A DNA stretch of 64,000 nucleotides from a virus. Both the position numbers and the translations under genes were made by a program. Under the pieces are notes generated by a model that did not search any database, was not told the origin of the DNA, and saw only the letters and a program-made list of their open reading frames with translations. The DNA lies in IMG/VR virus record IMGVR_UViG_3300044826_000112; one strand, written 5' to 3'. The first letter of the stretch is position 1. Each line of letters begins with the position of its first letter. This document shows, in pieces, positions 18,704 through 28,323 of this stretch.

Positions 18704-21700
18704 TTATTCAGCATATGGGCCTTGACCCATCCAGATTTGACCTTCTTCAGCACGACGCTGGACAAGTCCATTACTCACCTTGCCGCCAGAGCGGTTGTAC
18801 AGCTTCATGGCGACCGGGACGTTGGCCCAATCCTTGGTCCGCAAGGCTGTGTTAATGGCTCTGAACTTATCATCGCGAGAGTAGAAGTACTCACCTGCGT
18901 TGTAGCTGAATGAAATCAGAGCGGTCCTCTTGTTGTTATCCATCTCATCCCAGTACGGGATATTACGTAAGATGGATACATTGAATCTCACGCGGTATTC
19001 CATCAATCTCACAGCTCTAGTCTGGTCAATAGCTGGGTCGCTCATACGAACAGGGGTACCGTCTTCGTAGAAGCGGCAGCCGTACCCGATAGTAGCGTAT
19101 CCAGACCCATCGTCGTAAGGATGAGGGATGAAGTCTTCCTTCGCAACCAGATACTTAAAGACTTGTGGGGGAATATCACCGCTGGATGGCTCAAAGCCTA
19201 GATCGCCCAGCTTGACCGTGTTAGTTGGCTGTCCAGCTGCAATGACGACAGGAGTGATCTTGTCGTAGGTCAGGAACGGACTAGCCTCGATCTCACGGAA
19301 GCCTTCTGCGATACCTGTAGGTGATTCTCCACCTTCGGTCTTCTCCAGGGCAGTTAGCTTAGCACCGACCGAGATCAGCTCCCAGCCACCTGTTTGAGCC
19401 TTCTCACGGATTTGCTCCAGCTCGGTTCTTGTGTAGTTGTGCACATACTGTACCTCTACCTTGTCACTTACGTGCCACATCGAGATATCCACGAATTTCT
19501 GTCCCTCTTCACAATAGTCGCGTTCGACTGTCGGTAAGCTGACGATGTTGCGGGCTACCAGGTTCAAGTTACCAAGAGTGGAGTAGTACAGGTTGTAGGC
19601 TGTATCAATCCCATCTTTAGCGGCTTGATCTGTAGAGCCGACGTCCCATACGCCGCCTTTACGTGTGACCGGGGACGCTTCACCTGTGTTCAGGTCTTGA
19701 AGCATTACTGGATTTGCCGCACCAACGCCAAGTACCTCGCCGTAGAAACGGCAGGCAATCTTATAGGCGGTCATGTTGGAGAAGATGCGAGGATCTTCGT
19801 CCAGACCCAGGACTTGGGCAAGCCATGGATCAACAGCAGGGATGAAGCAGGAGGCCAGCTCCGTGTAAGTCATGGCAGAAGCCATGCCGACAGTGGTGCT
19901 AGAGTATCCGGCAGCATCGATGCTGTGGGTTACGCTTGAGCAGAAACCGTGATAGCTATCACGTTGCGGTGACGGATCGATTACATCCATCGGGTAACCC
20001 GCGATGATATACGGGTTGAATACGCAGTTTACCTGGCCGGTACGAGATTGGGCATGCGACATGGCATACTCCTTATCCGCAATAGCAAACCCCATACGTT
20101 GGTTGTCAGATAGACCAGATTCAGTACCCCAAGGGTTCATGCTAGCTTGTCCTTTCGGATAGGCTTTAGCATAGGCCTTTCCGTAGCTGGCAATTTCTTC
20201 CTGCTTCTCAGTTGGTAGCTTCTTAACAGAGAATCCAGCTGCTGCCTTGTCCCACTCAAACACTGTCGTAGTAGGGATTTTGACTGGAATCCCCTCCTCG
20301 CTAGTAGAAGCAGCCGGCTTATCGGACTCTGCCGGAGTATTCAGCTGCTTATGAGTATCCGCTTCGGTATTCTTGTTGCCCCGCTGGTTGTTCACGTTGT
20401 GCTTAGTGTTAAGCAGTGAGTACCACATTGGGAACTGAGAGATCTGCGGACGGATACCCGTACCCCACTCATAGACGCCTACCTTGCTCGTGTAGGCCAT
20501 CATAGTGGCGTTCAGGTTGGCAGCCTGCTTGATACGAACGCTATGTGGAGCCAAGTACTGCAACTGCACAGGGGTGTTGCCGGCATCACCTTTCTCTAAC
20601 CCCGACATGAAGACCATACGGCTTGGGATGTCGAAGTTGCTGAAGTTGATGCTGAACGAGTCGTACATGTACGGCAGGATCACGTTGCAGATTGGCGAGT
20701 AGTAGAACGGCATGTTCGGCTTCACGATCGTCTCAACGGTAGATCCATCACCCTTGATAGCAGGACTGTTCAGGAACGCAATGCTGTAGTGGCAGAAGTT
20801 CAGGAATTCAGCTACCAGGTTGGCAAAAGACACCTTTTGGTAAGCACTCATCCACTCTTGCAGAGCTGACTGCACCATTTCTGCCATGAGAGCAGTAGCA
20901 AAACCTGCTGTCTTAGCAAACGGCGGAGAGATAATCTTCAGGACGCCGACTGAGTTCTCCATAGAGCCCTTAGTTGGGTCGGTCACTCCGCTTAGCTGCA
21001 TGCGGTCGCCTTGAATGGCTGACTCGAGGAATGGGTGGCCGGTCATCTTGATGAACATCTTCAAACCTTCTTCCACTAGAGGGATGTACATCTCCTCTGC
21101 GGCTTCAGATGAAGTAGTGCCGGTTAGGTTGTACGCATCGAACTTGATGGTGTTCCACAGGGCTACGATAGCCCCTGGAATGCCTTGCAGCTGCTCAAAT
21201 CTATCCAATGCATTGCGGGGAAGTCCATTGATATCGCCTACGGGGCCGCTACCTTGTTCCTTCTTCTCAACCCCTACTTTACCCCTCTCAATCCCCTGCA
21301 TGATACGGGTAAATGCAGTCCCGCTCCCCATTAGAGAGGACTTAACAGAACCGTCTACGTTGGCACCATTAGCTGATAAGCCTTCAATGCCGAGCCCGAA
21401 GAAAGTCAAAGCAATTTCCTGCAGAATGTATAGAGGATGTACACATTCCAATGTCACCATGGCGTTGGCACCACCCCCACCGATAGACTTGCTCTCACCG
21501 ATGTTGATGGCTACGCCTGAGAAGATCTGCTTGTATGCCTCACGAGAAGCTTGGTCTGCCTTGACGTCGCTGCTGTAGTCAGCTCCTTCCGCACTAACAG
21601 AGTCTTCCTTAGCGATATCGTAAGGGGTCTGTGCCTCATTAAAGTCACGGTAGAAAATGTGGACCTTCGGGTAGTAGTTCTTGCCGATTTCTACCATACC

Positions 21701-21850
21701 ATCATAAGGAGGCAGGTAGACAGTAGCTCTAGGGAGATCCCCCATGGCTGTAGTCACGCTGGCTGAACTAAAGGGGACCTCGATCCCCTCAATGTACACG
21801 CGAAAGTCGGTGTATAGGTGGTCGCCACCCAGTTCGTTAATTGATCGCAC
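18704..21850 (-). CDS. Baseplate hub protein with C-terminal GH24 (T4-type) lysozyme
   Basis: N-terminal FRVYIEGIEVP hub-like start; C-terminal EDF..HPYDDGSGYATIGYG, ALISFSYNAG, GLVQRRAEE. Confidence 0.85.
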   Translation of the reverse strand: MRSINELGGDHLYTDFRVYIEGIEVPFSSASVTTAMGDLPRATVYLPPYDGMVEIGKNYYPKVHIFYRDFNEAQTPYDIAKEDSVSAEGADYSSDVKADQASREAYKQIFSGVAINIGESKSIGGGGANAMVTLECVHPLYILQEIALTFFGLGIEGLSANGANVDGSVKSSLMGSGTAFTRIMQGIERGKVGVEKKEQGSGPVGDINGLPRNALDRFEQLQGIPGAIVALWNTIKFDAYNLTGTTSSEAAEEMYIPLVEEGLKMFIKMTGHPFLESAIQGDRMQLSGVTDPTKGSMENSVGVLKIISPPFAKTAGFATALMAEMVQSALQEWMSAYQKVSFANLVAEFLNFCHYSIAFLNSPAIKGDGSTVETIVKPNMPFYYSPICNVILPYMYDSFSINFSNFDIPSRMVFMSGLEKGDAGNTPVQLQYLAPHSVRIKQAANLNATMMAYTSKVGVYEWGTGIRPQISQFPMWYSLLNTKHNVNNQRGNKNTEADTHKQLNTPAESDKPAASTSEEGIPVKIPTTTVFEWDKAAAGFSVKKLPTEKQEEIASYGKAYAKAYPKGQASMNPWGTESGLSDNQRMGFAIADKEYAMSHAQSRTGQVNCVFNPYIIAGYPMDVIDPSPQRDSYHGFCSSVTHSIDAAGYSSTTVGMASAMTYTELASCFIPAVDPWLAQVLGLDEDPRIFSNMTAYKIACRFYGEVLGVGAANPVMLQDLNTGEASPVTRKGGVWDVGSTDQAAKDGIDTAYNLYYSTLGNLNLVARNIVSLPTVERDYCEEGQKFVDISMWHVSDKVEVQYVHNYTRTELEQIREKAQTGGWELISVGAKLTALEKTEGGESPTGIAEGFREIEASPFLTYDKITPVVIAAGQPTNTVKLGDLGFEPSSGDIPPQVFKYLVAKEDFIPHPYDDGSGYATIGYGCRFYEDGTPVRMSDPAIDQTRAVRLMEYRVRFNVSILRNIPYWDEMDNNKRTALISFSYNAGEYFYSRDDKFRAINTALRTKDWANVPVAMKLYNRSGGKVSNGLVQRRAEEGQIWMGQGPYAE

Positions 21851-22502
21851 TTCCGTACACTCCGTAATATGCTGTCATGATGAGGGCTCTTTCGAGCTCA
21901 TCCTTCACCGTCATAGTGTAGTCTACCTCATCTGAGTTCATTTTCAGAGCACGAAGATTGCCTGCAAGCTTATCCATCGTTTGATGATCGATGATTGTGC
22001 TGTAAAGAGCAGATCTGATTGGCAGTGGAGTAGACGGAACAGACTCGATACCCATCAGAGCTCCCGAGTAGGTGTTACCCAGGTATTCCAGGAAGGCACC
22101 TGAGTCACCTTTGAGGGTCACCACGGAGCCCACAGGAGGCACTGTGAGCGTACTCTTCTTACGAGCCATAGCTCCGGCTAGACAAGCCTTACAAACGCCT
22201 CCAGGGGCCGTACAGGTGCTTGTATCGCGTACTCTGAGCTCGTACACACCCTGACGCCACAGGTTCTCCAGGTACGCCTGGGTGATAGGTTGTCCGTTGG
22301 CCAGGTTAATCATGCCAATTGTGTCTGTTTCTGCTTGTAACTTAAGGCCTACGAGCGTCTTGCAGTCCTCGATGACCACCTTGACCGTCGGGTAGATAAC
22401 CCGACGGGCAAAGCGATAGAGGTCCATGTCTCGCTTAGGCGTTACGTTAAAGATGTTCTCAAGGAACAGAGCGTTCGCATAAGAACGGTTACCTAAAGCC
22501 AT
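21837..22502 (-). CDS. Protein containing an RNA polymerase beta-prime-like Zn-binding module
   Basis: VIEDCKT..G ... LRVRDTSTC....GVCKACL parallels RpoC VTEDDCGT ... VRS..SC....GVCAHCYG. Confidence 0.6.
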   Translation of the reverse strand: MALGNRSYANALFLENIFNVTPKRDMDLYRFARRVIYPTVKVVIEDCKTLVGLKLQAETDTIGMINLANGQPITQAYLENLWRQGVYELRVRDTSTCTAPGGVCKACLAGAMARKKSTLTVPPVGSVVTLKGDSGAFLEYLGNTYSGALMGIESVPSTPLPIRSALYSTIIDHQTMDKLAGNLRALKMNSDEVDYTMTVKDELERALIMTAYYGVYGSAIN

Positions 22503-22511
22503 TGTATCTCC

Positions 22512-23864
22512 TTAGATCTCATCTACGTCGATGACTGCACCGTCATCAGCGGTCTTGCTGGCCGCCTTCTGAGTACCCTGAGGAGTACCACGGATAGGAC
22601 CAGGGTTAGCACGGCTCTTCATGCGAAGGATTGCTTCGGCATCTGCAGAGCTCACGTAGCTTCCACCAATGATTTGAGCTGAAGAATCTCCCGTGCCACC
22701 GCCAGTAATCAACAGACCGTTATCGATGAACGAGCCGATCTTATCTGCGATAGACTCTGGGAAGTTCACCAGATCACCTGCCCAGTCCTGGAAGTAGTCA
22801 ACAGTGCTCTCTGCATACTCGATCGCGTTGGTCACCGAGCTGATTGCACCTAAGACTTCATCCACAGCACCTTCTACGGCACCTAGATACGCATCGACTT
22901 CGTATGTGAAGTTTCGTACGTAGTCTACAACACCGTTGATCTCATCGGCAATCTGCTTGAGCGGGTCAGTGATAACCGACAGCCAGCTGGAGAAGATGTT
23001 CGCCAATTCTTCCGGAGTAATCCCCAGGAGATCTTTCAGGTCAGGCAGAGAGTCAACCAAACGAGTGTATGTACCGCCAATCCCCAAGGTAGCAGTCTTA
23101 TCCACACCAGACATCGTCACGGACGTACCGTTGATCCGAGCGGTTAGGTCTGCAGACTTCTTACGTGCCTGCGATTGCGTGTAGGTTGGGATTTGATTAC
23201 GGGCACTCTCGAGGAATGTCTCGTTCTGGTAATCCTTCAGCTGTCCATCTTCACCCATGAAATAGGTGTCAGTGGAGCGGAAGATGACCTTCTTCGCGAT
23301 GAACGACATGGAGAATCCCACGTCAGTATCACGAGCTGCGTTCTGGTTGATCTGCAAGGCACGAATAGAACCGAAGAAGGTCGCATTAGGCGTAGAGATC
23401 TGCACCAGAGCGAAGTTCTTGGCAGCCTTCGTACCGCGGATATGGTTGTTGTACAGGGTGACGAAGCGGACGAACTGGTCGTTGTCTAGATCGTCGATCA
23501 CTAAGCCTGATAGTTGTAGATCAACCGGGTTGTGACCGTAGAAGTACACTGACTCTCGCCCACCGAAGGTGTGGAAGACCTGGTGCTTCTCGGTCATGCT
23601 GTAGCCGATATCCGATACGAGGAAGTTGATGTAGCCACTCTCGCTGAACATCTGACGAAGAGCGTTAGCTTCGTGAGAAGGTGCTCCGGCGATGATCTTG
23701 CTGATATCGTCGTTAGTCAGATCCTTCGGCAGAGTCAGACGGATGGTACATACTTCACCACGACGGGGATTGTTACGATCAACAGCATTGTAACGCGGAC
23801 GGACGGTGAACAGACGTTCACCCTCCTGATTAATCCGGCGTGTATCGTATTTGCCTTCAGCCAT
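22512..23864 (-). CDS. Putative tail tip/baseplate-tube initiator protein
   Basis: 450 aa immediately downstream of tape measure. Confidence 0.5.
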   Translation of the reverse strand: MAEGKYDTRRINQEGERLFTVRPRYNAVDRNNPRRGEVCTIRLTLPKDLTNDDISKIIAGAPSHEANALRQMFSESGYINFLVSDIGYSMTEKHQVFHTFGGRESVYFYGHNPVDLQLSGLVIDDLDNDQFVRFVTLYNNHIRGTKAAKNFALVQISTPNATFFGSIRALQINQNAARDTDVGFSMSFIAKKVIFRSTDTYFMGEDGQLKDYQNETFLESARNQIPTYTQSQARKKSADLTARINGTSVTMSGVDKTATLGIGGTYTRLVDSLPDLKDLLGITPEELANIFSSWLSVITDPLKQIADEINGVVDYVRNFTYEVDAYLGAVEGAVDEVLGAISSVTNAIEYAESTVDYFQDWAGDLVNFPESIADKIGSFIDNGLLITGGGTGDSSAQIIGGSYVSSADAEAILRMKSRANPGPIRGTPQGTQKAASKTADDGAVIDVDEI

Positions 23865-24064
23865 TACTTCTTCCCTAGCGTAGTAATACGCATCACATTA
23901 CCGCCCTCGAGAATCTCTCTTTGAGCGAAGATGCCCCCGAGTTGCAGGGGCATGAAGTTGGTGCCAGTGCCGGCGTTCTGTAAGCGGATCCCCTCAATAG
24001 AGGTCTGAACCCGCTGTTTGAACATCTCGGTCGGCGTCATGTTTTTCAGCTTGACGTTACTCAT
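23864..24064 (-). CDS. Hypothetical protein
   Basis: 66 aa, coupled to both neighbours. Confidence 0.6.
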   Translation of the reverse strand: MSNVKLKNMTPTEMFKQRVQTSIEGIRLQNAGTGTNFMPLQLGGIFAQREILEGGNVMRITTLGKK

Positions 24065-27000
24065 TTTTGGATTGTCCCTCCTAGGCCTGGGTTTTTACCC
24101 ACTGAAGAAGATGCCGGTGCCACAGTACCCTTGGACAGAGTCTTATCCAACTTATCCAGTGTTGTACTGAGTTTAGACATCACTTCAGAGTCAAAATTGG
24201 AACCCTTAGAGCCGCCTTGTGGGCGGTTTTCGCGAAGCTCTTGGGTAAGATTCTCCATCGCCTTAGCTGCACGACCGATACCTTCACCGGACGAGTTGAT
24301 AGCCTTAGTGGCATCAGCAAAATCCTTGATGAAGTGCAGATCCATACCGCCTAAAGCTTTGACGTCATCGCTAATACGCTTATTGACCTCTCCCATCTGC
24401 TCTTGAGCATGGCCTTCAGCTCGAGATTTAGTTACCCAAGCCTCTAGGCCGCCATCACCTGCGACTCCATGAGTGGTGGCGGATAATCTCTCGGCTGCGA
24501 TTTGCATCTTCCCATCGCCAGTTTCTAGAGCTGCTTGTACTGCAATGTCCTTCAGCACCTCCCCATCAGCTGTTTCGGTCAACTGGTCGAGGTTATATTT
24601 GAACTTCTTGCGGATAGAGCCAAGGCTCATACTGGTAATGCCTGCGGCTCCTCGCTTGAGGTTAGCGTCGAACTCTTCTGAGGAGATGCCAGACAAAGCT
24701 GCAACCTTACGGGCCTCTTCGACCTTAGTCTTCTCAGCATCCGACAGCTTATCTAGCGAAGTACCTGATTTGATCTTGTTGGCGATAGTACCCATATCAG
24801 TACTGCCGATACGGTCAAACATCAGGTTCACAATCTCATCGCTGGAGTGATCCTTAGACATCTTGTAGGCTTCGGTTAGGATATCCCGACCGTGGCTCTC
24901 CATAGCCCCTTGGACTACAGAGTCATCCCCAGACCAGTTGTTCCAAGCGGTCCAGTTGTCATCCACTAATTTGGCCTTCAGAGCCTTATCTGTAGCTGCC
25001 TTCATAGACTTCAGATCGATGTTCTTCTCGATAGACAGCTTGGAGTTGTCTCGCAGCAAGCGAACGTATCTAGCCGCTGCTTCCCGATCAGTTTCGTCAT
25101 CGAAGCGAGAGTATAGAGCACCCTTAGCCTTCTTATTGGCAGTCATCAGGGTATCTACACCCTTCTCCCAATCCTTCTCCTTGCCGGTCAGCAAGTCTTT
25201 GATGGTCTGGGCTTCTCCATATAGCTCGCTATCTTCGTCTACGTTAAGCATACGACCAATGGCGCCTAAGGTCTCATCATGACGGCCATCTAGGACCAGT
25301 CTGCTGTTACCAGAAGGCGTGATCAGGTTGAAGCCGGTTTGTAGACGCATGCGGTCGATGGTCTTCTTACCGTCAGGCCCTTCCTTGAAGGTGTAGTTCC
25401 AAGCATCACCTTCTGCCTGCAAGCCTTGAGCTCTGGCTTGAATCAGATTCCACGCATCCTGGAAGTTAGCCTTGAAGCCAGTGATACCGGCCATCATATT
25501 GTTGGCACCGCGGTCCATGCTGCGGCCTAGTTCGCGGGTATCGGCAATCAGAGTACCTACTCCTGGCATGTTGGTAAACAGGCCAGTCATTCCGTTTTGG
25601 TTAAGCTGCTGCATCATGGTACGGGTAGCACCAGACTGAGCTGCCTCACGGGCACGTTCTTGATAAGTAGGATCTTGTACGGCCTTCCAGTTTTCCAAGG
25701 TCGCACGGATTTCTTCATCGCCAAGCCCCATGGACTTCATGATGATAGGTAGGGAACGCTGAGGATCCTTGATGTTACCTTTCTCGTCCAGGAAGTAGTT
25801 GCCAAACTGGGACATCATCTGCTTAACAGATTTGACCTCAGCATCGATCTTACCAGTGCTAGCCAGCTGCTCAGATAGACGAGCCTTGCCGTTCACGATC
25901 ATATCACCCATCATGGCAAACGGATCTTGGGCAAACTGATTACCGAACTTCGACATAGTCTCAACTAGGTTAGCACCCATAGGCATGCCTGCATGAAGAC
26001 CCATCATGTTAGCCTGGCTGCCAGTTAACTTCAGGAACGCCTGCATGGAGTTCTGAGTTGCACCCTCTACGCCTCCCAGCATTGCCAGGTTTTCAGTAGA
26101 GATGATGCCTGCCTTGTAAGCATTAGCAAAGCCTGCATGCGTACCGATGGCTGCCTTTTGGCCCAGAACAGGCAGAAGCCCTTGACTCTGGAACATCAGC
26201 TGACCTTGGTTACCCACGGTGTTCATCAGCTGCTCTACCGCTACGCCGGACATAGCGGAAGATACGCCGATGCTCTGCATAGTACGACGTGCAGCAGCCG
26301 GATCAGTGATGCCAGCGGCCTTCAGGCGACCCATGTACTCAATAGCTGTCTTCACGGAATCCGTATTGGCTACGGCCATGATCAACTTAACGGTGTCAGC
26401 CATGTTGGCCACACGCTTCTTCATATCGTCAACGTTCATGTTGCCGATATCATTCAAGAGGCCTTGCTGCATTGCGTAGTCAGCCATGATGCCCATATCT
26501 TCACGCTTGAACGCAAGATCATTGGTACCAGACTGAGTGAATGCTTCTGCCAACTTAGCTGCATGTACTGCAGAAATACCATATCCACCGCCTACAGCCC
26601 CTGCTCCGCCACCTACGAAGGTGTTAGCAGTGTTAGACAGCATGGCGTCTTCGTTACGGCGAAGGGAGATATACGGGTCTGCTACGTATCTGTTGGCTAC
26701 AGTTGCTGCTGCTTGAGCTGCTAACAGTGGAACTGCAATGCCACCTACGGCTGAACCGATAGTTGCACCTACTGCTCCCATGCCGCCAGCAATCGCACCA
26801 GAACCAGCAAAGCCTAACCCTTTAGCACCCATGTTGATAAGGCCGCCAGCTCCACGGAAGACGTTCTTACCAAATCCTGCACCAATACGAGCACCTAGGC
26901 TTTGCTTAGCCTTAGTGGCCATTGCGGCACGAGCTGCGGCCATACCGGCAGTATGCCCCTTGGCCTGGAAGAAGCCTTGACGCATGTACTCGGTAGCCCC

Positions 27001-27375
27001 ATAGAAGCCTTTAGCCAATGGGTTAGCTGAACGAACTTGGCGGTTGAAAACCTTGTTGGCAGCCCACCACGCAGCAAGTGGAGTACCCCACTTAGTAACA
27101 CCATCTACCAAACCATCCCAGTGGGTGTCGTCAACCTGCTTACTCAAAGCATAGCTATGAGTTAGCGGATCTGACGCGAAGGTAGTAGTGTCACGAAGAG
27201 GGAGAACCGACTCGGCGAAGGCCGCCGAGTACGGGTATTCCATTGCATACGGGTTATATGGGTCTTGCTCGAAACTGTATGCTGGTCTGAAGTTGGACAT
27301 GTATGCCGGCGTGGTGTACGCCGGGTTAATGCCGAAGCCATCATACGTTGTGATTGGAGTTTGGAATTGATCCAT
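24061..27375 (-). CDS. Tape measure protein
   Basis: 1104 aa, Ala/Gly/Met-rich helical protein directly downstream of the frameshifted chaperone pair. Confidence 0.75.
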   Translation of the reverse strand: MDQFQTPITTYDGFGINPAYTTPAYMSNFRPAYSFEQDPYNPYAMEYPYSAAFAESVLPLRDTTTFASDPLTHSYALSKQVDDTHWDGLVDGVTKWGTPLAAWWAANKVFNRQVRSANPLAKGFYGATEYMRQGFFQAKGHTAGMAAARAAMATKAKQSLGARIGAGFGKNVFRGAGGLINMGAKGLGFAGSGAIAGGMGAVGATIGSAVGGIAVPLLAAQAAATVANRYVADPYISLRRNEDAMLSNTANTFVGGGAGAVGGGYGISAVHAAKLAEAFTQSGTNDLAFKREDMGIMADYAMQQGLLNDIGNMNVDDMKKRVANMADTVKLIMAVANTDSVKTAIEYMGRLKAAGITDPAAARRTMQSIGVSSAMSGVAVEQLMNTVGNQGQLMFQSQGLLPVLGQKAAIGTHAGFANAYKAGIISTENLAMLGGVEGATQNSMQAFLKLTGSQANMMGLHAGMPMGANLVETMSKFGNQFAQDPFAMMGDMIVNGKARLSEQLASTGKIDAEVKSVKQMMSQFGNYFLDEKGNIKDPQRSLPIIMKSMGLGDEEIRATLENWKAVQDPTYQERAREAAQSGATRTMMQQLNQNGMTGLFTNMPGVGTLIADTRELGRSMDRGANNMMAGITGFKANFQDAWNLIQARAQGLQAEGDAWNYTFKEGPDGKKTIDRMRLQTGFNLITPSGNSRLVLDGRHDETLGAIGRMLNVDEDSELYGEAQTIKDLLTGKEKDWEKGVDTLMTANKKAKGALYSRFDDETDREAAARYVRLLRDNSKLSIEKNIDLKSMKAATDKALKAKLVDDNWTAWNNWSGDDSVVQGAMESHGRDILTEAYKMSKDHSSDEIVNLMFDRIGSTDMGTIANKIKSGTSLDKLSDAEKTKVEEARKVAALSGISSEEFDANLKRGAAGITSMSLGSIRKKFKYNLDQLTETADGEVLKDIAVQAALETGDGKMQIAAERLSATTHGVAGDGGLEAWVTKSRAEGHAQEQMGEVNKRISDDVKALGGMDLHFIKDFADATKAINSSGEGIGRAAKAMENLTQELRENRPQGGSKGSNFDSEVMSKLSTTLDKLDKTLSKGTVAPASSSVGKNPGLGGTIQK

Positions 27376-27743
27376 TACAGTAACCCTTCTAATCCGCTTA
27401 CGGCCACACGTTCGTTGCCGTTTCCGTCTCTTTCCACATGAACTTCAGGAGAAAGATTTCGTACCACCTGTTCGTAGTACTCCAACATCTCTTGATGTTT
27501 GTCCTGTTTCTTCTTACCGAGGTACCAGAGGTCTTCGGTATACTGCTGCAAGAGACTACGCGAACTCTTAGGATCACCGAGGGAAGCTACCATCATAGCC
27601 GTGAGCTTCCGGGACTCTCTAAGCTTTCGCTCGGATAAGAAGGCCCGGAAGGTCGTATCCCTAATAGAGCCCATGCGTCCCGGGTTGATTCCATCTAGAT
27701 AGAGCTCAACCCGGAATTTGGCCCACGGCTCTTTTAGAAATTT
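27375..27743 (-). CDS. Tail assembly chaperone, -1 frame (gpT-like) segment
   Basis: The -1 frame is open from slippery site A-AAT-TTC (27743-27737) into ORF 27674-27375. Confidence 0.75.
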   Translation of the reverse strand, partial: KFLKEPWAKFRVELYLDGINPGRMGSIRDTTFRAFLSERKLRESRKLTAMMVASLGDPKSSRSLLQQYTEDLWYLGKKKQDKHQEMLEYYEQVVRNLSPEVHVERDGNGNERVAVSGLEGLL

Positions 27744-28294
27744 TCCTGGCCGTACTGGACAGCTGCCATGACCTTCGCATCGAACTTGCCGAGAGCGTCG
27801 GACAGGACTACTACAGTCTGGCTCGGCAGGTCAGATACGACCTTATAGCGATCCTTAACCTTCATGTCACGGTAGTCTTCACCGTTCCACTCAGCCAGGG
27901 AATACGCCAAGGTCAGCAGGCTTGATTGGTTCTGGTAAGCCAGCAGGGTCTCGAACTTCATAGCGTCGAGACGGCTGCTGATAGTCAGATCCTCTGCGGC
28001 AGAGCGAGTTTGGAATACGGCATGGTACTTACGGCCGATCTGAACACGTTCTTCGTACTTGCCTTCGAACAGCAGAGTATCGAAGATGTTCAGCATTTCC
28101 AGCTTCTCTTCTTCAGTAGGGCCTGCCGGCTCTTCAGTCTCCGCATCCTCTTTCAGGGCAAGCTCCGCCGGCTTGTCAGCCTCTTTCTCCTTCGGCTTCG
28201 AAGGCTCTTGTTCATCAAACAGAGCGGCGGTTTGGTCTTCCTCACCGAGTACGAAGTCGGGTTGGTCAATAAAAAGTTCTTGAGTCTCTTGCAT
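27734..28294 (-). CDS. Tail assembly chaperone (gpG-like)
   Basis: Acidic 186-aa protein ending GQENF on a slippery heptamer, upstream of tape measure. Confidence 0.78.
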   Translation of the reverse strand: MQETQELFIDQPDFVLGEEDQTAALFDEQEPSKPKEKEADKPAELALKEDAETEEPAGPTEEEKLEMLNIFDTLLFEGKYEERVQIGRKYHAVFQTRSAAEDLTISSRLDAMKFETLLAYQNQSSLLTLAYSLAEWNGEDYRDMKVKDRYKVVSDLPSQTVVVLSDALGKFDAKVMAAVQYGQENF

Positions 28295-28323
28295 AATTGC
28301 CTCACGGTATCCATTAGTTTAGG

